Shown here one piece after another: positions 26,193 to 38,745 of a stretch of 64,000 nucleotides of DNA. How positions within the stretch are numbered: the first letter of the stretch is position 1; each line of letters starts with the position of its first letter. The notes beneath the pieces are model-generated. The model worked only from the letters and a program-made list of their open reading frames with translations. It searched no databases and had not been told where the DNA came from. Made by a program: the position numbers and the translations under genes. Source of the DNA: Squalus acanthias (taxonomy: Eukaryota); assembly GCA_030390025.1 (NCBI GenBank), contig CM059431.1, positions 106,084,001-106,148,000 of the forward strand, read 5' to 3'.

Positions 26193-27254
26193 CATAGTGT
26201 GAAGTAAGAACACTGTCTGAAGGTGTGAGGACAAGTTTCACCTTTATATTAGGTAATTGGAAGTGTCAGTAACACTAACAAAAATTCTCTCGTCCTCTCA
26301 GGGAAAAGGTGTAGATAAAGCTGAGTAAATTATTCAATAATGTACAGGCTCTGTGCAGACAAAGGACACAGTTTTACAAATCACTCCTTTCTTGTAATGC
26401 GTTGGTGTTAATATAAAAAATATTACACAGAACAGAAACTGTTTCAGTAAATTACACTTGTTCCAAATTGTTAAACAGCCCAAATGAGGGGAAGGGACTT
26501 AAAGGTTGGATGATTTTGTGAAACAGTTACACTTGGCTCCTTACTGATACTTAGCAGATAGTTCTGAGCATGCAGATTTCAAAATGAGCCCAGTTGCTCC
26601 CTGAAGGGAACCTGCTCCTGGAATCTGATTCATAGTTCATGAAGTATTTTAAATTATTGAGGTAATGCATCACTTTATACAAACAATTCAGTAAGAAATC
26701 ACTGTAGGAGGAAGACAGATATTTAAATGTCTGGTTAAAATCTCGGGAAGCATTTAAATGCTACTGAGGTGTGCATTGAGTATTCGTAGGGGAGAGCATA
26801 ACTTCTTTCCTTCCTGTTTTTGGTAGAGCAGGAAAAGAAAAAAAAGCGCCCTTAAATATTGTGAATGCTGATCCAAAACTCTTGTTCCCAGTATCCCAAC
26901 TTGCACCAATCATCCCTACATTGGTGCCCAGTCCACGCGCCCCAATTTTAAAATTCTCATTCTTCTGTTCAAGATGGCCTCACCTATCCCTGTAACCTCC
27001 TCCAGCCCTACAACCCTCCGAGAACTCTGCACTCCTCCAACTCTGGCCTCTTGTGCCTCCCCCATTTCCTTCACCCCCCAACATTGGAGGCCGGGCCTTT
27101 AGCCATCTAGGTTCTTCAGCTCTGGAATTCTCTTCCTGTGCCTCTCTGCCTCTCTCTCCTCCTAGTTTGTCTCCTTTCCCATTAACCTCCTTGACAAGTC
27201 ATTGCAATTTTACTGAGTGGCAGGATTCTCCTAAAGTGCAAAGAGGTAATGAAT

Positions 27255-27960
27255 TATACCCACCTCGTGATGCATCCCCTTTCGTCAGTCACTCTCTCAA
27301 CCAGAAAGACAAGACTCTGGGTGGATCCTGGTAGATCAAAGCTAACCTCTAAGCCTTGACAGATGACACCTGCACGCTGTCCCAGGACACCAGCTGAGCA
27401 TCACTTCCCCCACCAGAGATATCGTAGAGGAGGCTATTGGAATTTTGAAGGTACATTTGAGATGCCTGCATCAGTCTGGAAATGCGTTGTGATAGTGGTG
27501 GTGTGCTGCACACTGTACCACTTTGCCTTATAATCCTCTTGGAGGTCTCAGAGAGCATAAGCACCCAAAGGCAGCGAGAGATCAGGCAGATGAGCAGCTT
27601 GAAGAGGGTGCAGAGGACAAGTATTTTTTATTCGCTCACGGGATGTGGGTGTCACTGGCAAGGCCAGCATTTATTGCCCATCCATAACTGCCCTTGAGAA
27701 GGTGGCGGTGAGCTGCCTTCTTGAATCGCTGCAGTCCCACTGTGTTGCTAGATAGGGAGTTCCAGGATTTTGACCCAGCGACGATGAAGGAATGGTGATA
27801 TATTTCCAAGTCAGGCTGGTGCGTGGCTTGGAGGGGATGGTGACGCCTGCTGCCCTCATCCTTCTAGGTGATAGAGGTTGCGGGATTGGGAGGTGCTGTC
27901 GAAGAACCTATTGCTGCTGCCAGAAATATTTGTGCCAATCTGATATGGGAGACCTTCTCT
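27255..27960 (+). pseudogene. Degenerate PIF/Harbinger DDE transposase (HARBI1-like), interrupted by a LINE fragment
   Basis: Across frameshifts: RDAS.., GWILVDQS*PL (from 27319), MTPARCPRTPAEH, TRDIVEEAIGILKVHLRCLHQSG, VVVCCTLYHFA, an acidic tail, then AARNICANLIWETF after the LINE insertion. This matches the Harbinger motif order (HD, GD.GY, LMTP, R..IE..IG.LK.RFR.L, CC.LHN). Confidence 0.8.
27625..27905 (-). mobile_element. LINE-B 3' fragment inserted in the Harbinger transposase remnant
   Basis: Similar to 33061-33479. Confidence 0.75.
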
Positions 27961-29009
27961 TATCTACCACATCTGCTCACTGGATGAACAGCCCTGTTTG
28001 CATTTCCCTCACCTTCCCATCACCAAACAGCAATTCATCAACAGACCCTTCTCTATACACATCTCCTCCAGGAGACTTCTGAATCTTTCCAAAAAACAAT
28101 GTTTGCATGTACTACAACTTTAGTACAACCCTAATTTTAATTACAACCCATACTGTCTGTGTGGCTGCCTACTTCTTCCTACTGCCGTGCTTCCCCTTGG
28201 TGCTGGTGCGTGACTCATAACTCTTCAACGTAATCTCCTCCTCGGTGTTACCCAAGTGGCAGGAGCGCACGGGGTTGCTGGCTCCTAACTGCCTCTTAGA
28301 GTTGAGGTGGCCCACATTTCATGGCAGCCAAGTCCTGAACCCGACCATGTACAAGTTACACTTCTTGTGCTGCTGCATGGGCAACTGGCCAAGGCCTTCT
28401 TTGTGACACTTCTGCAGAGACCCGAGGGGCTGGTGGGATTGCAAGCACGTGTTGCCATCCTGAGATACAGCACCATCATGCAAGACCATTCCCTCCAATG
28501 CCCCCCACCCCACCCCCTCACATTTTATGGCTCTCTTCTCCCTTTAAGAGAACGTAGAAAGTGAGTATGCCCTCTCTTTGCCGAGAGCTCAAATCAAATC
28601 CAAGTGTTGGCGGGCAGACTGGAATGGGGTGATGACAGGTGCATGAAACAAGGAATTACAAACACAGGTGAGGCGTTTATTGGGCTGTGAGGGAAGGAAC
28701 ACTTGCCAGTTAAGGTTGAGGTGGAAAAGGGTCCAGAAATTCTACTGGACTTCAGTAGAAGAAGGATTTGAATTTATGTAACACTTCTTCAGAACGTCCC
28801 GATGTACTTTGCAACCACTGGATTACTCTTGAGGTGCAGTCACTGTTGTTAAGTAAGCAAATGGAGCAGCCAATTTGCACAGAGCAAGGTCCCATAAACT
28901 GCAAATGAATTAATTAATGATAAGCTCCTGAAGTCCTTCAACACAGTGAGGGGAAGGTTGAAAGTGGCAAACTTGATTAATACGGAGCATTCTTTGAATG
29001 GTAGATTCT

Positions 29010-29238
29010 TCTTGACTTGGTCTGAACTGGTCAGGTTATTCCAGCATTGAATAGCCATCTAGGGGGTCATGGAGATGGCACTAATCAAGAAGACCACTTC
29101 TCTCACAGTGCCTGGACAGTTCCTTAGGGCTGGCCTCCTTCCCAGTGCAGCAAACAGGGCCTCATTCCTAATCCTCATTTCCTGCAACTAGACCTCAATT
29201 GTTGCCACTGAAAATGCTGTTGCTGCCCTTTCTGCCAT
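29010..29238 (-). pseudogene. Degenerate Harbinger Myb/SANT-like (NAIF1/MSANTD-type) second ORF
   Basis: From ATG at 29238: MAERAATAFSVATIEV*LQEMRIRNEALFAALGRRPA...EVVFLISAISMTP*MAIQCWNNLT. Resembles the Myb/SANT pattern APRFS..LE.L..V..R...LF..W.EVA..VS..R...QC..W.DL. Convergent with the transposase. Confidence 0.65.
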
Positions 29239-29512
29239 TGGAAGCAAGCTTTCCTTGGATCTGCAATCCAAAGTGTTTATAAAGGTGGCTAGTCTTCGAA
29301 GTTGCTGCAGGTATTTAGATCTTGCAGCAGTACTCACTTTCCCTTCCCCTCCAAGTGTTGAGCTCCTACATACAGGTGAAAACATTGTGAGATGACTGAC
29401 CAAAATATTTGAATTAAGCTGATTCCTGGAAACTCAGCACCAAGTGCAGCAGACAAGTCCCAAACCCTCAACCTTCCAGCAGTGGCTATAACAACAGCTT
29501 GGATTTACATAT

Positions 29513-29890
29513 GAAATGTTAAATCCTGTGCTGCACATCAAAGTACCTTCAGCTTTTTATTATCCAAGAAACATAGTGCTAACATTTTTTGTTCCAATTA
29601 GAAAGAAGCCGAGGAAAGGGAGGGAATCCATAATTAATTTGTTCAGGTACACAAAATTCAGGAGGCATCCCTTCTGGCAAAGACATAGCACTGGTTGCCC
29701 ATTTACAAAGAATTTTAAATCTGCTGATAAAGAAAGCACTAAAACAGGATTTTTCATGGGAAGAAACTGTGTTCAATCAAACTGAAGGAGTCAGTCAATT
29801 AAAAGTGAAACTCTCATTGTGTGGAACTGCCACTATGGATTACAAAGAAGACGAATGTTCTGATCATCATTAGTCAGATATTCATAACAG
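29513..29890. repeat. ~380-bp segment duplicated at 57905-58285
   Basis: Direct, colinear similarity (for example AAGAAGCCGAGGAAAGGGAGGGAATCC..GGATTTTTCATGGGAAGAAACTGTGTTC). Both copies abut an L2 tail. Confidence 0.9.
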
Positions 29891-30195
29891 TAACAACTGG
29901 CATTTATACAGCGCCTTTAACGTAGTAAAACGTCCCAAGGCGCTTCACAGGAGCGATTATCGGACAAAATTTGACACCAAGCCACTGAAGGCGATATTAG
30001 GACCGGTAATCAAAAGCTTGGTCAAAGGGGGAGGTTTTAAGGAGCATCTTAAAGGAAGAGAGAGGGAGGCGGAGAGGTTTAGGGAGGGAATTCCAGAGCT
30101 GAGGGCCCAGGCAGCTGAAGGCACGGCCGCCAATGCTGGAGCGATTAAAGTCGGGCCTGCGCAAGAGGCCAGAATTGGCGGAGCGCAGAGAACAC
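29885..30195 (-). mobile_element. L2-clade LINE 3' fragment
   Basis: LRSANSGLL..IGGRAFSCLGPQLWNSLP. Same tail. Confidence 0.85.
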
Positions 30196-33060
30196 GGGGA
30201 GAACAATCCCTGGCAAACAACTCCAAATCCAAACTGTAGTCAAGATCAGAGATAGTTAAAGCATTTTCTTCAAAGATTTCAACCCAGAAAATATATTATC
30301 CCTAATAACTGTGGATTGTTGTGTTTTCTAAGCTCCATTTAAGGAATTAGCTGCTCCCTGGTTCATTTCATTCAGCGAGTCAACGAGTGTTGTTCCATCT
30401 GAGTAGAAAGCAGCCAGCTCTGTGATGATTATAGTCTCCACTTCACAGCGTCATTAAAGCTGTAGTGTAAATCCAAGGTCAAGGGCCTGAATTTTAATGG
30501 GGAGGCAGGTTGGGAGCGGGGGTTGGCTCAGTGCGAATTTAACGGCAGGGCCTGATTTGCACGGGAAGCCTCTGTTTCCCACCCGTAACCGGCCAGATTG
30601 AGAGGCTGGCTGGCTGTGGGGCGGGTAGGCCTGCGGCACCAGGCCGCAACGAGGAGGGAGGGTGGGGGGGTGGATGGAGGAGCACAGGGAGGGCCCGGAG
30701 GAGCAGACGGGGGGTGGGGTGGCAACGATCGGAGGGCGGGAAGAGCGGGGGGAGTGGGGATGCTGGGTGAGCAACAGGGGGACCAGGAGCAGCCCGGGGG
30801 GTTGTGGCAGGGGTTCGGAGGCCTTACAAAGCCCGGACACTGCCACCCACGCTGTCTAAACATTTCAATTTGAACTGCTGGGACAGTAGCTCAGCAAAAT
30901 GCCTGCAGTCGCACGTGAACAAAGATCTGCTTTGGGCAGGAGAACTGGAATTCCAGCCAGGCAGAGTAACTGGAGGACTGCATGGCTAGCGCCTATACTG
31001 CAGCTACTGGTCTCAGACCAGAAATCATAGCAAAGGGGAAGTTGCAATGACATCTCAGTCACAACCACCTGCTTTCTGGGCATTAACTTGGTTTCAGAGC
31101 AACTCATGTTCCAGAAATGGAGGGAATCTATGGATGGCACCAAGTTAGAGCCGCTGCCTCAACATTTCTGGAATCTTTCACCCTGGCCTCACCGAGAAGC
31201 TGTGCTCCTTATTTCCGTTGTCAAAACCCTTCACGATTTTGAACACCTGTATTAAATCTCCCCTTAGCCTTCTCTGCTCGGAGGAGAACAACCCCAGCTG
31301 CTCCAGTCTCTCCATGTAACTGAAGTCTAGTTCGAACAAAGGGAAGATTACGCCAGTTTTTCCTGTTATGTAGATTGAAAGCAAATGGAAACTATGGCGA
31401 TCATTCGGTCAGGCTGCTTCCACCCACCTGACTGCATGATGCCTTGTGATCGTGTGGGGGGGTGGGGGGGGAAAGGGTGGAGTTATGGAACAAACATCAA
31501 GTTAAAAAATGGGCCTGTAGGTTGTTGTTCCTTTGACGCGCAGTGCCACAAAGAAACCTTTTATCACTGAGCAAATGTTCTTTCCTTGCCGAATTGATAA
31601 AATATGGGGAAAAAGGAAGAGCCCTAATTGGATGACCTCTCATTGAGAAGTTCGCACATAGAATGTGGAAACTGGGAACGCAAGGCCAGTGGAGTAAGGG
31701 GTTCTAGCCCCCCATTCTACGTGCAACACTGCAGCACTAAAAAGAACAAATTAAATCATTCCTCAGTAACGTCAGACCTAACACTGGCATGCAAAAAAAA
31801 AGGGAAAGCGAATATTGATAGATTATCACAGCAGCTTCAGCAGAAATTGGATGCAAGCCAAATTAAGCAATTTTACACATTTACACAGTGACCATCAAAC
31901 CAAATTGAAGTGGAATTTGGACCGAGTTCAAATTCTGGCAGCAAGTACTGCTGATAGCTTTCGGTCCAGTACAGTACATTGCACAGATGGAAGGGGCTCT
32001 TTCTTTTTAATAAAAAGAACTTGACAGGGTGTTAAAGTTGTTCGAAAGGAGAGGAGAAAAATGAGAATAAATGAAATTTCAATTTTGAGCACGATAATCA
32101 GTGGAAAGATGTTAAGCAACTTGCTTTTTCTGACACTTCACAGAAAAGTAGAAGACTTCAACCCTCGTTTCTGGAACATATCCCTCTTGGTTCAAAATGA
32201 TTGCAAGTAAAATCCTCAGCCTGCACTTCGTTAAATTATCTTCATATTTTTAATACAGTAATTTTATGATTCTCGAAATATAATTAGCTTCAGATTTTCC
32301 ACTTCTGATTTCATCTTCTCGGTTGATTTTAGTCGTCACGATATTCGAGCATTACTGGTCGGTGAACAAGTTTAATTTTGTTCAATTAAAATAACTTGGG
32401 CACGTTAATAAAAAGGAGCACTATCTTTTTAAGAGCCAGTGATTTACAATGCTGAAGAGCTCCAGTCTATTTAACAGGGGGAAATGAGACTTGATTGACA
32501 TTTATGTCCCTTTTACAGAAATATCAGGGTGAGGGGTGTGACGAGAGTGAGTGTTATCATTCAATAAAGTTACGAAGAAAAACAGAGTTTTCGGTAAACA
32601 TGGTCTGGATTTTCCAACTAACCGTCCCAGAGGATTTTTCGAACCACAAGGGCCCTTTTCAGTGACCGTGACTTTAGTTTAGTGGCTCATGGGGGGAGCG
32701 AGGAGTGAGCAATGAATGGAAACCAGCTAGCCATTGGCTTTTTAAGTGTCGAAACTGAGGTCAAGGGTTGAGGTACCAATATGGGGGACCATCACGGCAA
32801 CTCCTGATCACCCGTAGCAGGAATTCCCACATTACATTGGTGACACAAAGCAAGCTAATAACCAACTGGCCTATTGGAATTCAAAACAGCACAACAGATT
32901 TCATCATTCTGGTTTACTGCAACAGTAAGTTATCTTATCCATAATGGAAACTTACTGAGCTCTGAAAACTGCAGCTACCAAAATAAACTCCAACAGTGGC
33001 AGGAGTTCACTTTCCTCTTTCACTAATTTTAGTGAACAGAATTGTGCATTAAAGAACTGG

Positions 33061-33479
33061 TTTTTTTTTAAATTCGTTCCTGGGATGTGGGCATCACTGT
33101 CAATGCCAGCATTTATTGCCCATCCCTAATTGCCCTCGAGAAGGTGGTGATGAGCCGCCTTCTTGAACCGCTGCAGTCCGTGTGGTGAAGGTCCTCCCAC
33201 GGTGCTGTTAGGAAGGGAGTTCCAGGATTTTGACTCAGCGACGATGAAGGAACGGCGATATATTTCCAAGTCAGGATGGTGTGTGACTTGGAGGGGAACG
33301 TGGAGGTGGTGGTGTTCCCATGCACCTGCTGCTCTTGTCCTTTGAGGTGGTGGAGGTCGCGGGTTTGGGAGGTGCTGCCGAAGAAGCCTTGGCGAGTTGC
33401 TGCAGTGCATCTTGTAGATGGTACACACTGCAGCCACGGTATGCCGGTGGTGGAGGGAGTGAATGTTTAAGGTGGTGGA
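33061..33479 (-). mobile_element. LINE-B 3' fragment (longest copy)
   Basis: AAVCTIYKMHCSNSPRLLRQHLP..SFIVAESKSWNSLPNSTVG..HHHLLEGN. Confidence 0.8.
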
Positions 33480-34396
33480 CGAGATTTATACACTTCTTTT
33501 GCTAAACTAGCCCTGTGTTTTCCCTTTCATTGTCGTTTATAATATTAGTTTATTTTACAAAGAACACAACTTTCTCTATGTTATCTGGTAAATACCGAGA
33601 CTCTCAATGGGTATGTTGGTGCCCCATCTCCCACCCCCTCTGCTAATCATACTGTGTAGTCACCCCATTAGAAGGTCCATAAGAGAGGATTGGAATACCG
33701 GGCCCTGGGATTTTTCCCTTTGTCCCTGTGTAGAAACCTCTGGCCTCTGCTTGGCATCTCCCTCAATGGCACAGCCAAGATCAGGAACTGAACTCTGTAA
33801 AACCTCACAGGCAGAAATCCAAAGTCTTTTCATTCAGGAATGCTACATGCTGATGCCACGGTATGGTGTCACAGGAAGTAAGAACTTCTCCTCAAGTGTG
33901 GAGATTATTTCTGGCAGTGTGTGAGGCTACACTTCTGTGGTTCACAGTTAGAAATGTTGCTGGGAGTTGCCAATTTGTGATGCACTGCAGATTTAAACTT
34001 GCAAATCCAGACCCTCTATGGGCCGTTCCTGGTGCTCGTCACAGAAGAGTAATCTCCGAATATGACTTGAGGTCTAAATTATTGCTTCATCATTGGCATT
34101 GATGCTGAACAGACACAAAAGTAGGGCAGGTTAGCTGTACGAATAGGCTTCAAACTGCAGTATGGACACAGTTCCTCAAACTCTTAGCGATAGAGCTAAT
34201 ACTTAACTTATTAGACATGTCATGATATAAACTGCAACACGTTTCAAAAATTTTCATGATTTATCTGCAATCATAACATTATTAAGTTAAAATAATTTAT
34301 TCTTGGCAATTTTAGTCACAACGGCCATGCCTGTTAGGTCAGATAAAAGAGCAACACAATTATTATTGGTAATATATGACACAAGCTTGAGTCCTT

Positions 34397-34999
34397 GGGG
34401 GAAAAATTTGGTTGCTTTGCAAAGCAAATAGCGCCCGGGCGCGGCTGCTGCCAACGCCGCCCGTGAAATTCAGCGGGAGGTTGGCGGCGGCGGTAACCGT
34501 TAGCGCCCCGCAGCGCTGCGCCGCCAGCGATGATGTCATCGCCATGCGCAGTGCCCCGCTCGCGCCCCAGCTGCGATCTTCGGTAGCGCCCCCTGACTTA
34601 CCGCCGGACGCTATGTCCGACGGGGTCAGGGGGGCCTACCTGCGGCCGGGGCGGCGCTAATTAAAGGTGAGGTACCGGGCGGCCATTTTTGTTGCTGGCC
34701 GTCTGCCAGCACCTGGCCCCGTTGCCGTCCCCGGCCTCCTCTGCAGCCCCCCTGCGGAGTGCCGGCTGCGGTCCCTGAGCCCGGCACTTCTCGAGTGCCG
34801 GGCTCTTTTGCCGGCACTCCGATCCCTGGTGGCCCAGCTGGGCCCCGGGTCACGCTGCGCAAGGCCCCTGCCCTTTAAGAAGGGGAGGAAGGCCTGCAGT
34901 ACCGTGGCGCGATGTGCCGCAGCGCCACGCGCCGCGATATTCCCTCGCAGCGCCCCAAGAGGGAGGCGGGGCACATCTAGTAGACTCAATTTCCCCCCC
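34397..34999. mobile_element. Same GC-rich MITE family, opposite orientation, internally deleted
   Basis: Reverse-complement similarity to 46050-46678. Probable TSD CTT. Confidence 0.8.
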
Positions 35000-35079
35000 C
35001 TTGCGTTTTCTACAGATTTTGCACATTCTGCTGGCAGTATATTATTATTTTCTGATACTTTGCATTTCCTTTGTCATAT

Positions 35080-35280
35080 GTTTATCGTTGTTTTTGGAGG
35101 GAGCTTGCTGTGTGCAAATTGGCTGTCACGTTTCCCTACATTATAACAGTGACTGCACTTCAAAAGTACTTGATTGGCTGTATGGCGCTTTGGGACAACC
35201 TGAAGTCATGAAAGGCGCTATATAATTGCAGGCCTTTCTGTCTGTCTGTCTTGCTTTCGGTCTTTTTGTCTTTCTTTCTA
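35080..35280 (+). mobile_element. Same SINE family, 3' fragment
   Basis: GAGCTTGCTGTGTGCAAATTGGCTG..AAAGGCGCTATATAA. Confidence 0.75.
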
Positions 35281-35422
35281 GTTATCTGATCATCGTTTCT
35301 CAATCAATTCAACTTTTAAAAAGTAGTGCGTATAATATATAGTTGATTATGAGATAAGTTAGTAAGAGACATATATTGTCGCTCAATGGTTTGGTGTGTC
35401 TACTGGCCTATTTCAATTTTGG

Positions 35423-35423
<1 letters not shown>

Positions 35424-35496
<73 letters not shown>
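35424..35496. repeat. (TA)~36 microsatellite
   Basis: Perfect TA run. Confidence 0.97.
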
Positions 35497-35500
<4 letters not shown>

Positions 35501-35529
35501 ATTAAACTGCTATCATCCCTCATTCTGTA

Positions 35530-36000
35530 TGAAGAAAAGAAAAACTTGCATTTATATCGCGCCTTTCACGACCACCGGATGTCCCAAAGTGCTTTACAGC
35601 CAATGAAGTACTTTTGAAGTGTGGTCACTGTTGTAATGTAGGAAACGCAGCAGCCAATTTGCGCTCAGCAAGCTCTCACAAACAGCAATGTGATAATGAC
35701 CAGATCATCTGTTTTAGTGATGTTGAATGAGGGATAAATATTGGCCAGGACATCGGGGAGATCTCCCCTGCTCTTCTTCGAAATAGTGCCAAGGGATCTT
35801 TTACGTCCACCTGAGAGAGCAGACGGGGCCTCGGTTTAACATCTCATCCAAAAGACGGCACCTCCGACAGTGCAGCGCTCCCTCAGTACTGCACTGGGAG
35901 TGTCAGCCTAGACTTATGTGCTCTAGTCTCTGGAGCGGGACTTAAGCGCGTGACCTGCTGATTCAGAGGAGAGAGTGCTACCCACTGAGTACAGCTGACA
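35530..36000 (-). mobile_element. Same SINE family, full length
   Basis: High similarity to the other copies. Confidence 0.85.
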
Positions 36001-36729
36001 GCAGTCACTCAAATTGATGGATGATACAATGTTCAAATTAGCTGGATATTATTTAATCAAACTTGATTGACTGGCAATTTTTTTTTTTTTTTTTTTTTTA
36101 AAAGGCAAGCGACACACTCACCCTGCCACGTGTTACAGTATAGTATGGGGTGCCCCCACCCAGTGTGCCACGAGTTAATCAATCAACCTTTTCATTATAT
36201 CATTCAAAGTGTTCTTTGTCAATCTCCGAGTCCAGCCAGCGAATTTTGAAAGCTGCAAAGGACCAGAACCACAAAGTGATGACTCAACCTGTAGCCGAGG
36301 CCATGACTGGATAGAAGTCACGGACACTGTGTGCACTGAACGTGTCTTGCCTTGTCTTTCAAATGGACCTGCTTATTAGCAATTTTCAGTACAGTGAGGT
36401 AGCTGTGACACTGTGGTACTGAGACTTGTAAAGATTAGTTCTGCAACGCGGCCGAAAATTACAGCACTCATTTCCAGCTCACTCCATCCATTAGTGTCCT
36501 GGGGACTTGAAATGTGCCTTTTGAAACAGAAAACAGAATGAAAATCAGGCGGGTTCTACATCAGGTGGGCAATCTGATCTGCCAGGCATTGAAGATAAAA
36601 ATTTACCTCACTGTACAAGTTTTTTCCACCTGTGACTATAAGCGAAAAGCCATTAAGTCATTTTCACACCAATCAAGACTAATTTACAGAGGTGTGCGAC
36701 GCAGCAGACTTATTTTGAAGCTAATCAGG

Positions 36730-37235
36730 GAGTCCTCATTCATTTCCAATAATATATGCAATTTGAGTCCATCATTTCACTTGAATATTTGATATTCAGT
36801 GAGTCTCCTCTCATTTCACTCTAATGTTTGGTATTCATCAAGTCCCCTATTATTTTCAAATAATACTTTACATTCAAATTTCCTCTCATTTTACTCTAAC
36901 AATTGATATTCAAAGAGTCCCCTATCATTTCACAGTAATATTTGATATGAGTTCCCTATCGTTTTATACTAATATTTGATAGTCAGTGAATCCCCTATCA
37001 TTTTACAATAATATTTGATATTTCAATCCCCTGTATCTCATTAACACTTGATATTCAATGAGTCTCCTGTAATTTCACACTAATATTTGATATTCACTGA
37101 GTCCCTTATCATTTTACACTATTATGACATATTCCGTGAGTCCCCTATCATTCCATATCATAAGCAGACATTCGGTGAGTTTCCTACCATTTTGCGTTAT
37201 GACCTGATATTCAGAGAGATTTCCTGTCATTCCGC
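36730..37235. repeat. Degenerate ~39-bp minisatellite (~13 units)
   Basis: Consensus approximately GAGTCCCCTATCATTTCACACTAATATTTGATATTCAGT. Confidence 0.85.
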
Positions 37236-37787
37236 ATCATCACTCAACGGCAGTGAAGGCAAATAAGCAGAAGTAAAAAGGTATTTTTAAATCTACTCAT
37301 GATATGTGAGAAATGTTGGGAGGGTGGCAGTAATTCAATCTTTCCCTTTGAATAGCGAACCACAAGAGTGAAGATATCATCTGAAACCCCGCAGTTGGAT
37401 TGCTGCCTTCGCACCCATCCAGCAGCTAATATACAACGAGTTAGATTTCAGACTCATTGAAGATAAATTCCGACAAGCTGCTTCCCTTAGCATTTACTGT
37501 TGTGTCATCAACATTTTCTATCCAGCTGCCTTAAGTGATGGTGCAACGCATGCACAAACACCGATGATGGATGCTTTGCAGTACTGAGCCACTTTCTCCT
37601 TGGATGGAGAACCTGTCAGTACAAATTTCTACCATTGAGAGATACTTATTTTGCTCTTGGTTAGCCGATATGAAACAGCACTTTAAGCAAGAGACACAAA
37701 GTATTCCATGTCAGCCTACAGCAGGGTACTGGACACCGTCCATGTTTGGGCTAACAAGTGGCACGCAACTATGACAATATGCATTTA

Positions 37788-38075
37788 TCATAGAATCATA
37801 GAATAGTACAACACAGTAGGAGGCCATTCGGCCCATCGAGTCTGCTCCGGCTCTTTCGAAGAGGAATCCAGTTAGTCCCACTCGCCCCCGCTCTTTCCCC
37901 ATATCCCTGCAATTTTCTCTCCTTCAAGTGTTTATCCAATTCCCTTTTGAAGGCTGATATTGAATCTGTGTCCACCGCCCTATCAGGCAGTGCATTCCAA
38001 ATCCTGACCACTCGTTGCGTAAAAAAGGTTTTCCTCGTGTCGCCTGTGGTTCTTTTGCCAATCACCTTAAATCTG
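37788..38075 (-). mobile_element. CR1 3' fragment
   Basis: FFTQRVVRIWNALP, with an (ATTCTATG)n tail. Confidence 0.88.
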
Positions 38076-38569
38076 TGCCCTCTCCTTATCCAATGCCTAT
38101 AACCCACGAGGCGCTTAATCAGAAGTGTGATCAGACAAAAATTGACACTGAGCCAAGGAAGGAGATTTTAGCGGCGGGGGTGGGGGTGGGGGTGGGTAGG
38201 TTTTAAGCAGGTGAAAGGGGTGGTGGGTCGGAGAGGATTAGTGAAGGAATTGCGGAGCAGTGATAATAGTCCAAGTCTGGCCAACGGGAGGTGAGATTCT
38301 CTTATACTGAACTGAAAAACATCAGGTTTTTTTTTCTTCGTGCAGTCACTTCCACCTGATACTCCACTTAGCAGCCTGGTGGTAAACCTAACAACCCCCG
38401 CCTCCCCCACCCCCCGTCTCAAACTAAAGTGGTTGTTATTCAACACGTGAGCTTGAAAAGAAAAATCTGCAGTGCTTTTGTCAAGATTTCAGCTGCTGTC
38501 ACTGAACCTGCGATTGAGTTACCACAACAATTCCAAATTCATTTCTGACAAATACATCAAGTCTAAGTG

Positions 38570-38745
38570 GATAATTTGAACCTAACCCGCCGGTAGGGAA
38601 ACTGACAGGATCGGGTGCAACGCTGGTTTTACACCCCCGCGCCCGATTTTACTGTCCAGTGGAGAGCAATATTGGGCGGGGTATAAAACCGGCGTTCCAC
38701 CCAATCCCGTGGGTTTTCCGTCTGGCGAGTTCGGTTCGAATGTTA
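38570..38745. mobile_element. Palindromic (fold-back) MITE
   Basis: Imperfect ~80-bp arms (GGTTTTACACCCC / GGGGTATAAAACC). Similar architecture at 9925-10110 and 53148-53253. Confidence 0.55.

Noticed and set aside
29648..29873. ~75-codon open frame after TTTGTTCAG in the duplicated segment (..LQRILNLLIKKALKQDFSWEE..)
   Set aside because: The sister copy has an in-frame stop and the differences are mostly non-synonymous, so there is no sign of coding constraint.
34363..35146. GC/CpG-rich block resembling a CpG-island promoter or gene (also 45954-46407, 8025-8497 and 30454-30873)
   Set aside because: These blocks are bounded by TIRs, repeated in the window, or resemble other MITE ends. The ORFs follow from GC-richness.
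36730..37235. Possible CRISPR-like array
   Set aside because: Eukaryotic context, contiguous degenerate units with no unique spacers, and no cas genes.
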